A stretch of 64,000 nt of DNA from the NCBI GenBank assembly GCA_964544225.1, contig CAZIZK010000001.1, positions 207,477 through 271,476 of the forward strand, read 5' to 3'. The stretch comes from an uncultured Candidatus Saccharibacteria bacterium. Lineage in GTDB: Bacteria > Patescibacteriota > Minisyncoccia > Phycocordibacterales > UBA9973. The position numbers and the translations under genes are program-made. The notes beneath the pieces are model-generated. The model had not been told where the DNA came from, did not search any database, and worked only from the letters and a program-made list of their open reading frames with translations. Shown here one piece after another: positions 30,295-40,241 of the stretch (its first letter is position 1; each line of letters begins with the position of its first letter).

Positions 30295-31452
30295 ATGAAA
30301 AATAAAATCGCGATCTTCGTAATCACGCTTCTCTCCCTTTTTGGGATCGATGGAGCACAAACACTCAAAGCAGAAAGTGCCGAAAGCGACAATGGACAAT
30401 GGTTCCGTTTTGCTGATCAAAATTACCAGGTAACAATGGACGATGTTAATGACATTGCATTGTTATCAGACCAAGGTAACTTGGTAGCTGGTAAACTGTT
30501 CCAGACTCGGTCTGGTATGAAATTCTACACCAAATACCCAAATCAATGGAGGACCAGAGAGCTGGCAATATTGAGCAAGGTACGTGGTACACAAGTAAAC
30601 TCTCTGGTTGATGGTTTCAGCGGTGGAACTATCGTACCGTTCCAGAATTTATCAAAAACTAAAAATTACTACATCAACAATGGAGTAGAAGGTTTTTTTG
30701 ATAATTACAATGGAGGTATTGGAATACGCACTGTGGTGATCAACGGGTATCCTGTTATGAAAGTTGGAGCACCTTGCTTCAACCCAAATGACCCGTACAT
30801 AACCACAACTACCGTTGCAACACCACCACCTACTGTGGTATACGTACCTGCCCCTAGGGTAGACACTGTATATCAACCTGCGCAAACAGGTTGCCCGTGT
30901 AGCACTTATGTTGCTTGTACCACTTGTGGAGGTAATCTTCCGATGAGTGCTGTAAGTGGCATGAGCTTCAATCAGTATTACCAGTTGCAACAGACCACTT
31001 TTGGTCAGTTGCCAACAAGTAGTACCGACAGATGGGGGTCTTTCCAAGGTGCATACGGTAATATGTATACATCTTTAGGACAGACACCTGGTTATCAGAA
31101 TGCAGTTTACTCTGCGACATCTGGACAGAACATGGTTCTAGCTTTCAATGGTCAGTACTCACAACAATGTTGCGTAACGCAACAACCAATTGTTGTGCAA
31201 AATCCTTGCCCGCAACCATGTCCGTGTGGAAGTACAGTACAACCGTGCCCATGTAACAATCAACCCGCCGCACCCGCACCTGTTGTAAAACAGAAACGTG
31301 GAATTGGTGGATGGATCGTTGCTGGAGTTGTTGTTACAGCTGTTGCATTGTATGCAATACTAACTGGACAAAAAACTGGTACAGACACTGGTGGCCCTGG
31401 AACACAAGGTGGAGGACTCTCTACCGGTGGCCCTGGAACACAAGGTCCGTAA
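30295..31452 (+). CDS. Secreted/surface hypothetical protein with Cys/Pro clusters, a C-terminal TM and a Gly-rich repeated tail
   Basis: Signal peptide; GCPCSTYVACTTC, PCPQPCPCGSTVQPCPC; TM GWIVAGVVVTAVALYAIL; TGGPGTQG x2. Confidence 0.75.
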   Translation: MKNKIAIFVITLLSLFGIDGAQTLKAESAESDNGQWFRFADQNYQVTMDDVNDIALLSDQGNLVAGKLFQTRSGMKFYTKYPNQWRTRELAILSKVRGTQVNSLVDGFSGGTIVPFQNLSKTKNYYINNGVEGFFDNYNGGIGIRTVVINGYPVMKVGAPCFNPNDPYITTTTVATPPPTVVYVPAPRVDTVYQPAQTGCPCSTYVACTTCGGNLPMSAVSGMSFNQYYQLQQTTFGQLPTSSTDRWGSFQGAYGNMYTSLGQTPGYQNAVYSATSGQNMVLAFNGQYSQQCCVTQQPIVVQNPCPQPCPCGSTVQPCPCNNQPAAPAPVVKQKRGIGGWIVAGVVVTAVALYAILTGQKTGTDTGGPGTQGGGLSTGGPGTQGP

Positions 31453-31572
31453 TTTGAGTGTGAAATTATTCGTTGGAGCTACGTCATTGTATGTAGTTCC
31501 AACACTTTTTTAAGTCTTGAACCGAAAAGTCGTCGTGTTAAAGATTTAAAATTGTAATTAAGTAAAAAAATT

Positions 31573-34161
31573 ATGAATAAATTTATTAAAAAAGTCGTAT
31601 TTATCTTTGCATTTGCTGTACTATTCAGTGCACCAAGTGTTTTTGCCGCGCCATTCAACACAGATCCAAAAGATTGTGCAACTGGTGCTATTGGCAATGC
31701 AACCACTGGCGCAGGAGTTCCTCCTAGTTGGTTAATGGATTGTCAGAACTGGAATTTAACAAATGTTTCAGCAAGTGCTGGCGATACTATAAAGGTCCAT
31801 GTTTATTTCCACAACACGAGTTCTTCTCCTGCTACTAATGTAACTATTAGGCTAAGTCAGTCACCTTCAAGTGGAGCCTCAAACAACTTTAACTTTGCTG
31901 GTGTGTTGAGTTCAGCTCAAGGTTCAATACCATTTAATCTAAGTACTAACATTTCTACTTCTCAGACACTTAGTGTTGTAAGTGCAACATTGGCAAAAAC
32001 TCAGGCAGATTTAGCTACCCCAACAACTGTGTCAGCGTCACAAATAATGTCTAGTGGTATAAATATTGGGACTGTTGGTACAGGCTGGGCGAACCAAGGT
32101 GACCTTGTGGTTACATTCCGCGTTGGTAGTACTGTTGTAAACAACTGTAATCTAACAAGCTTTACTGCGAACCCATCATCTATAAATGCTGGAGCTTCAA
32201 GTGTATTGTCTTGGACAAGCACTGGTTGTACATCGGTAACTATCCCAGGAGTTGGAACATTTGGTCCAAACGGTAGTACAACAGTAACACCAAGTAACAC
32301 GACGACATATTCTGCAACAGGTGGCCCAAGTGGCAACACCCTATCTACAACTGTATCAGTTAACTCTGTATCTGCTTGTTACATTACATCATTCTCTGCA
32401 TCACCTACATACATTACATCTGGACAGGCAAGTACACTGTACTGGTCTACAACTGGTGCAACAAATGTGACTATTAGTTCTATCGGAACATTTGGTCCAA
32501 CAGGCAGTCAGACAGTATACCCAACAAGTACAACAACCTACACACTAACAGCTAACTGTATTAATGGTTCCACTGCTGTACAAACAGTTGTAGTTACTGT
32601 AAATGGTAATAATGGCACTGACCCATCTGTACGTACAGACTCACCAACAGGTGTAGATGAAGACAGTGCGACACTTCGTGGCTATGCCGATGGTAACGGT
32701 AGCCTGATAGATGCATGGCTCGAGTTCCCATGTCGTGGTACACGCTATGACTATACTTATGGTGTGTCAGATACAAACCTACGCTATACAATATACTCAC
32801 TATCACCTAACACAACATACTACTATTGTGCAGCTGCGCAGAACTCTTACTCTGGCCGTGTAATACGTGGCAGGGAAGTATCGTTCACTACAGATGGTCA
32901 GAATAATAACAACAACGATCCAGATGTGGTAACAAACCCAGCTACAAATGTAGGTACAACATATGGAACTATCAACGGTGACGTAGATGGTAACGGTAAC
33001 TATACAACTACATGGTTCCGCTACGGAACAAGCTCTGGAGCTTTGACTATGTATACAAATACTGTTAGTCATGGATCAGGTTCTGGTGGAATATCTGCCA
33101 ACCTTACAAACCTTGCACCCAACACAACATATTATTTCCAAGCTGTTGCGAACACTACAACAGGTGGAACAATATATGGAAATATAAGAAATTTCACAAC
33201 CAATGCCTCTGTTATAGTTAACAGTTCAACGAGCGTAGTCACAACAATAGCTACAAATGTTTCTCGCAACAATGCGACACTAAACGGTATATTACTAGAC
33301 ACATCAGGTCTTTCAACAGACGTTTACTTTGAGTACGGTACTAGTGTTAACTTGGGTGCACGTACAAATTCAAAGAACCTAGGTGCTGGTACATCACTAC
33401 CATTCAATGAATACATCGGTAACTTGGCACCGAACACTATATACTTCTTCCGTGCAATGGCAAACAATGCAAATGGTATTGCAAAGGGTAATATCGAAGT
33501 ATTTCGTACACCAGGTGGCGGTGTAACACCACCACCAGTAAACCCACCAACTGTGGATTCAAAGATAATGTTAAAGATCGAGAACCGTTACCAGTTCGTA
33601 TCAGTTGGTGACACTATCGACTACACAATTACTTATCAGAACATCAGTAAGACAAAGATCACAAAGCCACTATTGCAAGTAATAGTTCCACGCTATGTAG
33701 CGTACTTGAACTCTTCACGCGGTACATTTGCAGCCGACACTAACACACTCAATGTACAGGTGGAGGACCTTGCCCCAGGTGCGGGCGGAGTAGTATATCT
33801 ACAAGGCCGTGTACTGTCACTTCCTGAGAATAATGCAGATATAGTAACAACAGCATATATTGCTTATACTAACGGATCAGGTGCACAAGACTCTGCCATG
33901 GCTTATGTACTGAACAGTCCACGTGCGGGTAACAACCTAACTGCATCAGCATTTGGTGCTGGGTTCTTCCCAGGTTCACTTTGTGGATGGTTGCTATGGG
34001 TGGTGATAATACTACTTATACTATGGGCATTGCGCGAAATATTCCGCAGTCGTAATATGAGAAAGAATTATTATTACAACAACAATGTGCCAGCACAACC
34101 CCCACGCCCAATAGGTGCGAACCCTGAACATTCAGATTCACAGGGTGTGCCACATACTTAA
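31573..34161 (+). CDS. Large cell-surface protein: Ig-like and Fn3-like repeats, DUF11-like domain, C-terminal TM
   Basis: Two FTANPSSI/FSASPTYI repeats; three LxPNTxYYF-type repeats; VSVGDTIDYTITYQN; Ser/Thr-rich. Confidence 0.8.
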   Translation: MNKFIKKVVFIFAFAVLFSAPSVFAAPFNTDPKDCATGAIGNATTGAGVPPSWLMDCQNWNLTNVSASAGDTIKVHVYFHNTSSSPATNVTIRLSQSPSSGASNNFNFAGVLSSAQGSIPFNLSTNISTSQTLSVVSATLAKTQADLATPTTVSASQIMSSGINIGTVGTGWANQGDLVVTFRVGSTVVNNCNLTSFTANPSSINAGASSVLSWTSTGCTSVTIPGVGTFGPNGSTTVTPSNTTTYSATGGPSGNTLSTTVSVNSVSACYITSFSASPTYITSGQASTLYWSTTGATNVTISSIGTFGPTGSQTVYPTSTTTYTLTANCINGSTAVQTVVVTVNGNNGTDPSVRTDSPTGVDEDSATLRGYADGNGSLIDAWLEFPCRGTRYDYTYGVSDTNLRYTIYSLSPNTTYYYCAAAQNSYSGRVIRGREVSFTTDGQNNNNNDPDVVTNPATNVGTTYGTINGDVDGNGNYTTTWFRYGTSSGALTMYTNTVSHGSGSGGISANLTNLAPNTTYYFQAVANTTTGGTIYGNIRNFTTNASVIVNSSTSVVTTIATNVSRNNATLNGILLDTSGLSTDVYFEYGTSVNLGARTNSKNLGAGTSLPFNEYIGNLAPNTIYFFRAMANNANGIAKGNIEVFRTPGGGVTPPPVNPPTVDSKIMLKIENRYQFVSVGDTIDYTITYQNISKTKITKPLLQVIVPRYVAYLNSSRGTFAADTNTLNVQVEDLAPGAGGVVYLQGRVLSLPENNADIVTTAYIAYTNGSGAQDSAMAYVLNSPRAGNNLTASAFGAGFFPGSLCGWLLWVVIILLILWALREIFRSRNMRKNYYYNNNVPAQPPRPIGANPEHSDSQGVPHT

Positions 34162-34187
34162 TAAGTAGAAAGTAGTAGGTAGTAAGT

Positions 34188-34232
34188 ACAAACAAAAAAT
34201 CCTCTTTATTTTAAAGAGGATTTTTTGTTTGT
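34188..34232. terminator. Intrinsic terminator
   Basis: acaaacaaaaaatcctcttta-ttt-taaagaggattttttgtttgt. Confidence 0.75.
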
Positions 34233-34303
34233 GTGTATAAACCCATTGACGTCACATCTGTGTGTGGTACGATTTATGCAAACAAAATTGAAAATTAAAT
34301 ATC

Positions 34304-35272
34304 ATGAGACATATAAGTAAAAAAACATCGAGCCTTGAAACTCGAGTCGCCGACTTTGTTGTTGTTAACCTGACATTCTTCATTGTTATTGTTTTAATAC
34401 CAATGATTTTAAGGGAAAACACAATTAGAGTTACCCAATACATATTCCTAGGACTAGTTCTTGAGGGTGTGTTTACAAACAATTTTAAGGAGGTTTTTCA
34501 TGTAATTCCTTATTCTAAGAAAGAAGTAATTTTTGACAAATGTGTAACCCCATTTTTGTGGTTATCTTTTATCACACTTTTGCTTTTTTCAGTACTAATA
34601 ATTCCAGCTATGATAGTTTTTCTCGTTTCTAAACAAACAAGAAAAATAAATGATGGAATTCTTTTCTACTTAGACAAAGCATGCTTGCGTACATTGGCTA
34701 TCAAAGTTCGTATACACGGATCTTTCCCAAAAGGTTTATTTGTTGGAGCAGCTGATCACGAGTCATCTTTTGATTACTTTTGGATTATTTTAGCTTTACG
34801 CTTTGCGGCTTCAAAAGTTGTTGCTGGTAGTAATTTATTAAAATTACCGATCTTCAATATTTTTATTGGACTCAAGTGTTTATTTGTAAACAGACACGAC
34901 AGAAAATCAAAATATAGAATAGTTGATAAGGCAATAAAATGCTTGAATCAGTTTATGTCTGTTATATTTTTTGTTGAAGGCACAAGGAAACGTAAAAAAG
35001 ACATAGACAACGGAATTGTTTTAAAAGATTTTTTACCTGGTGCGTTTGAGGTTGCAGTAAATACAAACACTCAGATCGTGCCTATTGTTGTTCACGGTGC
35101 GGCAAAGTGCAAACCCCCCATGAAGGGTGATGCTACTAATAAACAATGGTGGAGCTCTCCTGGAATAATTGATGTTTACATTTTAGACTCAATACAAATT
35201 GAATCAAGAAATAAAACTCAACTAAAGGAATTTACTCGCGAAGTCATGTTGGACTTCAAGAGTAAGATTTAA
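34304..35272 (+). CDS. Lysophospholipid (PlsC-like) acyltransferase family protein with extra N-terminal TMs
   Basis: DHESSFD (HX4D), LFVNR, FFVEGTR, PGAF, IVPIV. Confidence 0.85.
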   Translation: MRHISKKTSSLETRVADFVVVNLTFFIVIVLIPMILRENTIRVTQYIFLGLVLEGVFTNNFKEVFHVIPYSKKEVIFDKCVTPFLWLSFITLLLFSVLIIPAMIVFLVSKQTRKINDGILFYLDKACLRTLAIKVRIHGSFPKGLFVGAADHESSFDYFWIILALRFAASKVVAGSNLLKLPIFNIFIGLKCLFVNRHDRKSKYRIVDKAIKCLNQFMSVIFFVEGTRKRKKDIDNGIVLKDFLPGAFEVAVNTNTQIVPIVVHGAAKCKPPMKGDATNKQWWSSPGIIDVYILDSIQIESRNKTQLKEFTREVMLDFKSKI

Positions 35273-35290
35273 AAAATAAAATATTTGCAT

Positions 35291-35320
35291 AAAAGGCAGC
35301 CCTATCGGACTGCCTTTTTT
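35291..35320 (+). terminator. Intrinsic terminator
   Basis: aaaaggcagcc-ctat-cggactgcctttttt. Confidence 0.7.
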
Positions 35321-35348
35321 TATACCTGAAATGCTATACTGGGGGTAT

Positions 35349-37763
35349 ATGGCAAAGGATAAAGACAATAGAAAGAGGTTAGTATTGCTCGATGTGCACG
35401 CTATTATTCACCGTGCCTATCACGCCCTCCCAGACTTTATGAACAGCCGTGGCGAGCCTACAGGGGCCTTGTATGGCCTGTCTACAATGCTGATGAAGAT
35501 AGTATCTGAGTTGAAGCCCGACTATATAGTGGCTTGCTACGACCTGCCAAAGAAGACTTTTCGCCACGAAGCCTATGATGGCTACAAGGCTGGCCGTGCA
35601 AAGACCGACGATGCCCTAGTTGCCCAGCTGATCAATTCACGCAAAGTGTTCAAGGCCTTCTCCATACCTATGTACGAATGCGAAGGGTTTGAAGCCGACG
35701 ATCTGCTCGGTACTATCACCTCACACATATTAGAAGACAAGAAACATTCAAAAGAAGTTCAAGTGATTATTGCATCCGGCGACATGGACACTATGCAGCT
35801 AATCGATGGTGACAATGTGTTGGTATATACACTAAAGAAGGGTATCAATGACACTATATTATATAACGAGAAGGCGGTGACCGACCGCTTTGGCTTTGTG
35901 CCAAGTTTGTTGCCAGACTACAAGGGCCTGCGTGGTGACCCGTCAGACAATATTATCGGCATAAAGGGTATCGGCGAGAAGACTGCTACAACTATCATCA
36001 CAGCATTTGGAACTATCGAGAATTTATATAAAGCTCTGGCTAAGAAAGGTGCAGATGAGGAATTCAAAAAAATAGGTTTAACTGATCGTATCATTAATTT
36101 ATTGAAGGAAGGGGAAGAGGAGGCCCTGTTCTCTAAAACTTTGGCTACTATCCGTCGTGATGCACCTATTGATTTCCATTTGCCTACACAGACATGGCAA
36201 GAAGGGGTACAAGTGCCCGAGGTGGAAGCATTGTTCCGCGATCTAGAATTCAAAAGTCTAATGACACGCTTCCACCAAGCCCTAGGTAGCACAGGCGCCA
36301 ATAATACAGAGGAGGGTGGTAAGGTTGAGGTAAAGAAGGAGGTGCAGGATTTTGATATACAAAAAATGGCCGAGGCAAAGATAGCACTTTGGATACTGAA
36401 CTCTGAAGTAACCAACCCAAGTGACGACGATGTTTTGTATTACAAAGGGGCAAAAGATTTTGCCGATGCATATGACAAGATCCACAAAGACATCATCGAC
36501 ACACACCAAGACTTTGTCTTCAATAATATCGAGCTACCTATTATGCCGATAATAAAGTCTATGCAAGATAGGGGTATTGAGGTAGATGTAAAATATCTCA
36601 ATAAACTTTCTGCCGACTACCACACCGAACTATCAAAGCTCGAAGGCGAAATATGGGGGATGGCTGGTCAGGAATTCAATATCAATTCACCAAAACAATT
36701 AGGGGAGATAATCTTCGACAAGATGGGCCTAACTGCAAAAGGTTTGAAGAAGTCTGCAGGGGGTGCCCGATCCACACGCGAGAGCGAGCTTGAAAAGTTG
36801 CGCGACTTGCACCCGATCATCGGCAAGATATTTGCCTATCGTGAATTGCAGAAATTATTGTCCACATATATAGACACTATCCCAAGTCAGGTCAGTGCCG
36901 ATGGCAGGCTACATGCCGAGTTTATCCAGGCAGGGACAACTACTGGACGCTTCTCGTCAGCGAATCCAAACTTGCAGAACATACCAGTAAAGAGCGAGTT
37001 GGGTAAGAACATTCGTTACGCTTTTGTCGCATGCCAGGGGCACACACTTATGTCCTTTGACTATTCACAGATCGAGTTGCGTGTAGCCGCCCTATTATCT
37101 CAGGACTCATATTTCATACAAGTTTTCAAGGACGGTAAGGATATTCATGCAGCTGTTGCTTCACGTGTGTTTGGTGTAGAGGAGGCTGATGTTACAGCCG
37201 ACATGCGTCGTCGTGCAAAGGTGATCAACTTCGGTATCCTATACGGCATGGGGGTCAATGCTTTGCGTCAGAACCTAGGTGGCGAAAGGAAGGATGCGCA
37301 AATATTCTACGACAATTATTTCGCCCAGTTTCCAACTATCGCAAACTATCTGGAAAGTGTAAAAGACTATGCAAAAGAGTATGGCTATACAAAGACTTTA
37401 TTTGGGCGCCGCCGATACTTCCCAGGTATAAAGTCGAAAATTCCTTTTATAAAGGCCATGGCCGAGAGGATGGCTATCAATGCCCCTATCCAGGGCACAG
37501 CCACTGCTGACATAATAAAGATAGGTATGAAGAAGGCCCACGACGCACTCGTAGCCGAAGGCCTAATCGATGATGTGCATATGGTTCTACAGGTTCATGA
37601 CGAATTGGTATACGAGGTCAGGGATAGTGCTATTGATAAAGCAAAGGAAATCATTGCCAACTCTATGCGTAATGCTGTTCCTGAAGAGTTCCTAAAGGGT
37701 ATAGAGGCCGTGCCACTAGAGGTGAGTGTCGGAGTAGGGCACTCCTGGGGTGACCTGAAGTAG
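35349..37763 (+). CDS. polA: DNA polymerase I (5'-3' exonuclease + polymerase; proofreading domain reduced)
   Basis: LLDVHAIIHRAYHA, FEADD, GDPSDNI, TGRFSSANPNLQNIP, DYSQIELR, AKVINFGILYG, QVHDEL. Confidence 0.97.
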   Translation: MAKDKDNRKRLVLLDVHAIIHRAYHALPDFMNSRGEPTGALYGLSTMLMKIVSELKPDYIVACYDLPKKTFRHEAYDGYKAGRAKTDDALVAQLINSRKVFKAFSIPMYECEGFEADDLLGTITSHILEDKKHSKEVQVIIASGDMDTMQLIDGDNVLVYTLKKGINDTILYNEKAVTDRFGFVPSLLPDYKGLRGDPSDNIIGIKGIGEKTATTIITAFGTIENLYKALAKKGADEEFKKIGLTDRIINLLKEGEEEALFSKTLATIRRDAPIDFHLPTQTWQEGVQVPEVEALFRDLEFKSLMTRFHQALGSTGANNTEEGGKVEVKKEVQDFDIQKMAEAKIALWILNSEVTNPSDDDVLYYKGAKDFADAYDKIHKDIIDTHQDFVFNNIELPIMPIIKSMQDRGIEVDVKYLNKLSADYHTELSKLEGEIWGMAGQEFNINSPKQLGEIIFDKMGLTAKGLKKSAGGARSTRESELEKLRDLHPIIGKIFAYRELQKLLSTYIDTIPSQVSADGRLHAEFIQAGTTTGRFSSANPNLQNIPVKSELGKNIRYAFVACQGHTLMSFDYSQIELRVAALLSQDSYFIQVFKDGKDIHAAVASRVFGVEEADVTADMRRRAKVINFGILYGMGVNALRQNLGGERKDAQIFYDNYFAQFPTIANYLESVKDYAKEYGYTKTLFGRRRYFPGIKSKIPFIKAMAERMAINAPIQGTATADIIKIGMKKAHDALVAEGLIDDVHMVLQVHDELVYEVRDSAIDKAKEIIANSMRNAVPEEFLKGIEAVPLEVSVGVGHSWGDLK

Positions 37764-37802
37764 GTCTATTAATATTTATATTTTGTGGTATTATTGTTCT
37801 GT

Positions 37803-38303
37803 ATGAGTAATCCTAACGAAGTTTGTATAATTCCAAAAGAAGAGAAGAAGGGTATGATCCATGTAGTACTAACGCATTCGTATTTCATGTACCTACTGGC
37901 TATAATATTTGGCCTTATTTTAGATAAGGTATTGAATACATCATACAACTCGAATACTTTTACTATTGCAGGGTTCGTTACCATGACACTCGGTTCATTA
38001 CTGATATATTGGGCACAAAAGACTACAAACTGCACAAAGAAAGAGGTGATGTCTGGTGCAAAGAAGGAGCGTGATTTTGAACGTGGTCCGTATAAATACA
38101 GTCGCAACCCTACACATATAGGGTTATCACTATTAACACTCGGCTTTGGATTGTTGGCTGGCAGTGTGTTTGTAGTAGTGCTTATGGTTTTTACTTTTAT
38201 TCTTACAAAGACAGTATTCTTGCAACAAGAAGAAAGTATTCTAGAGAAGAAATACGGCCAAGCTTATTGTGAATACAAAGCAAAGGTTAACACTTGGTTA
38301 TGA
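37803..38303 (+). CDS. Isoprenylcysteine carboxyl methyltransferase/PEMT family membrane protein
   Basis: GPYKYSRNPTHIG, EESILEKKYGQAYCEYKAKV. Confidence 0.85.
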   Translation: MSNPNEVCIIPKEEKKGMIHVVLTHSYFMYLLAIIFGLILDKVLNTSYNSNTFTIAGFVTMTLGSLLIYWAQKTTNCTKKEVMSGAKKERDFERGPYKYSRNPTHIGLSLLTLGFGLLAGSVFVVVLMVFTFILTKTVFLQQEESILEKKYGQAYCEYKAKVNTWL

Positions 38304-38932
38304 TAACTTTCATCTACGGCAACGATACAAAGTCTAAAAGCCTCGAAATAAATAAAATCTCAAAAGGGGTGATACCACTTGTAATACCGGCAAAGCAAAT
38401 ATCAAAAGATTTGGTTTTGTCTTATGCATCACAGAGCTCACTATTCGGTGAAAAGCAGATAGTGGTCATGGAAAATGTATTGAATGAGTCCGAGATAGTA
38501 TTCGATGAAGACCTATTAAAAATATTAAAAGATTCCGAGACACAATTCATATTCAGCGAAGACGCGATCACTGCAACCGAGCTAAAGAAGTATAAGAAAT
38601 ATTTCGACAAGGAAATAAAATTTGAATTAGAAAAAGTTGTATCAAAGAAGTCCAACCCATTCGATATAGCTAATGCATATGGTGCAAAGGACAAGATCAA
38701 AGCTTGGACATTGTATGTATCTATCATCGAAGGTGGGGAAGCCCCCGAGGCTGTGGCTGGCATGCTGTTCTGGAAGATCAAGACTCTTTTGTCTGGGTAC
38801 TCACCGAAGCCTTTTACAAAAGATGAATTATTGCAGGCTTCAGCCGAGCTCGTAGATATATATCACAAGTCACATAGGGGGCAGTGCGATATGGAACAGG
38901 CTCTCGAGCAGTTCATATTGAAAACTTTATAG
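38300..38932 (+). CDS. holA: Short DNA polymerase III delta subunit-like protein
   Basis: MITFIYGND, QSSLFGEKQIVV, PFDIANA, ALEQFIL. Confidence 0.65.
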   Translation: MITFIYGNDTKSKSLEINKISKGVIPLVIPAKQISKDLVLSYASQSSLFGEKQIVVMENVLNESEIVFDEDLLKILKDSETQFIFSEDAITATELKKYKKYFDKEIKFELEKVVSKKSNPFDIANAYGAKDKIKAWTLYVSIIEGGEAPEAVAGMLFWKIKTLLSGYSPKPFTKDELLQASAELVDIYHKSHRGQCDMEQALEQFILKTL

Positions 38933-38944
38933 AAATAAAAAGAC

Positions 38945-39141
38945 AATAGAAAAAGGCCTGGAGTATAATTCTGAATTCCTTCAGAAACATGCTCCAGGCC
39001 TTTGCCTTAATTTAGTCGTGTATAGCCTCTATCTTATGCCTACACATAATGTACAAATTTTAATCAGTTTTTACTCATTCCCAATATTTATATTTTCCCT
39101 AGTCGAGGGACACGTTGGAAGATACATAAAACTTTTAACTT
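38945..39141 (-). ncRNA. Candidate ~200-nt structured transcript with its own promoter and terminator
   Basis: Minus-strand ttgcta-N17-tataat (39176-39148); successive hairpins; final stem aaaggcctggag/ctccaggccttt followed by a U-tract. Confidence 0.4.
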
Positions 39142-39288
39142 GCTTACATTATATGACGCTTATGCTAGAATAGCAAATGTTAGCTGTGGATAATATAATT
39201 GTGGTCAGGCATATTTTTCTGGTGAAAAATTGCACGACCCTGGCTCGCGTCGTCACGCTCCGCCTCGCACAAAATATCCCATATTTTG

Positions 39289-39361
39289 TGCGCCCGGTAG
39301 GAATCGAACCTACGACCATCTCCTTAAAAGGGAGCTGCTCTACCGACTGAGCTACGGGCGC
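39289..39361 (-). tRNA. tRNA-Lys(TTT)
   Basis: gcgcccg/cgggcgc acceptor stem, loop cttttaa, ggttcgattcc T-arm. Confidence 0.95.
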
Positions 39362-39467
39362 ATATGTGAACTTTATATTAAAGTGTTGTAAAATATCAGT
39401 ATTCGGTTGACCCGCTACAACTAGCTACGGGGTGCATAAGGTGATACATCAAAAAGTACCATATTTA

Positions 39468-39956
39468 ATGACAAAAATCAATAAAAACAAACAAATAATA
39501 CTTATCCTGCCGGATATAAGGAGTGCCCAGAATGTGGGGGCTATCTTCCGTACATCTGATGCGGTAGGGGTAAACAAGATATATCTGACAGGCTACACAC
39601 CGCAACCATTGGATAAATACGGGCGCCCTCGAACCGATATTGCCAAAGCAGCGCTTGGCGCTGAACTTTCTGTACCATGGGAGTACAAGAAGTCTCTAAC
39701 AATACTAGTAAAGAAGTTAAAGAAAGATGGTTATAAGATAGTAGCTCTAGAACAGAGTGATAAATCTATAGATTATAAAAAGTTAAAGATAGGGGATAAG
39801 ACAGTTTTGATATTGGGCAACGAGGTAGATGGTGTAAATAATAAAATCCTAAACCAGTGCGACACAGTCATCGAGATCCCTATGCTAGGAATAAAAGAAT
39901 CATTGAATGTATCGGTTGCCACAGGGGTGGCATTGTTTAGGATTTTAAATATTTAA
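39468..39956 (+). CDS. TrmH/SpoU family RNA methyltransferase
   Basis: IRSAQNVGAIFRT, LGNEVDG, IPMLGIKESLNVSVA. Confidence 0.93.
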   Translation: MTKINKNKQIILILPDIRSAQNVGAIFRTSDAVGVNKIYLTGYTPQPLDKYGRPRTDIAKAALGAELSVPWEYKKSLTILVKKLKKDGYKIVALEQSDKSIDYKKLKIGDKTVLILGNEVDGVNNKILNQCDTVIEIPMLGIKESLNVSVATGVALFRILNI

Positions 39957-40129
39957 TTACCATAAGGCTCCAGTGGGCCTGTTGGGTCTGTGTACGGTTT
40001 GATGAATGGGCCTTGTTTGGTTGCTTCACGGTTCTGGCCACCACTGGCTAACCATACAAAAAACAATATTAATAATACAATTATTAATATTCCTAGATCG
40101 CTAATACCTCCGCCTCCTCCGTGTGACAT
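39953..40129 (-). CDS. 58-aa single-TM small protein (absent from the ORF track)
   Basis: Manual translation MSHGGGGGISDLGILIIVLLILFFVWLASGGQNREATKQGPFIKPYTDPTGPLEPYGN*; TACAAT -10 just upstream. Confidence 0.7.
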   Translation of the reverse strand: MSHGGGGGISDLGILIIVLLILFFVWLASGGQNREATKQGPFIKPYTDPTGPLEPYGN

Positions 40130-40241
40130 ATATATTGTATTACTACATAAAATATTATTTATTTCTTAAAACAATATTTTATTTCGCGAATAGTTATTTG
40201 GATGTAAATAATTAATAAAAAATATTTTACTTCACATCTTA

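Noticed and set aside
27121-38303. Alternative genetic code 25 (TGA=Gly)
   Set aside because: ruvB and the 37803 gene end at TGA overlapping the next ATG, and conserved genes are intact under code 11.
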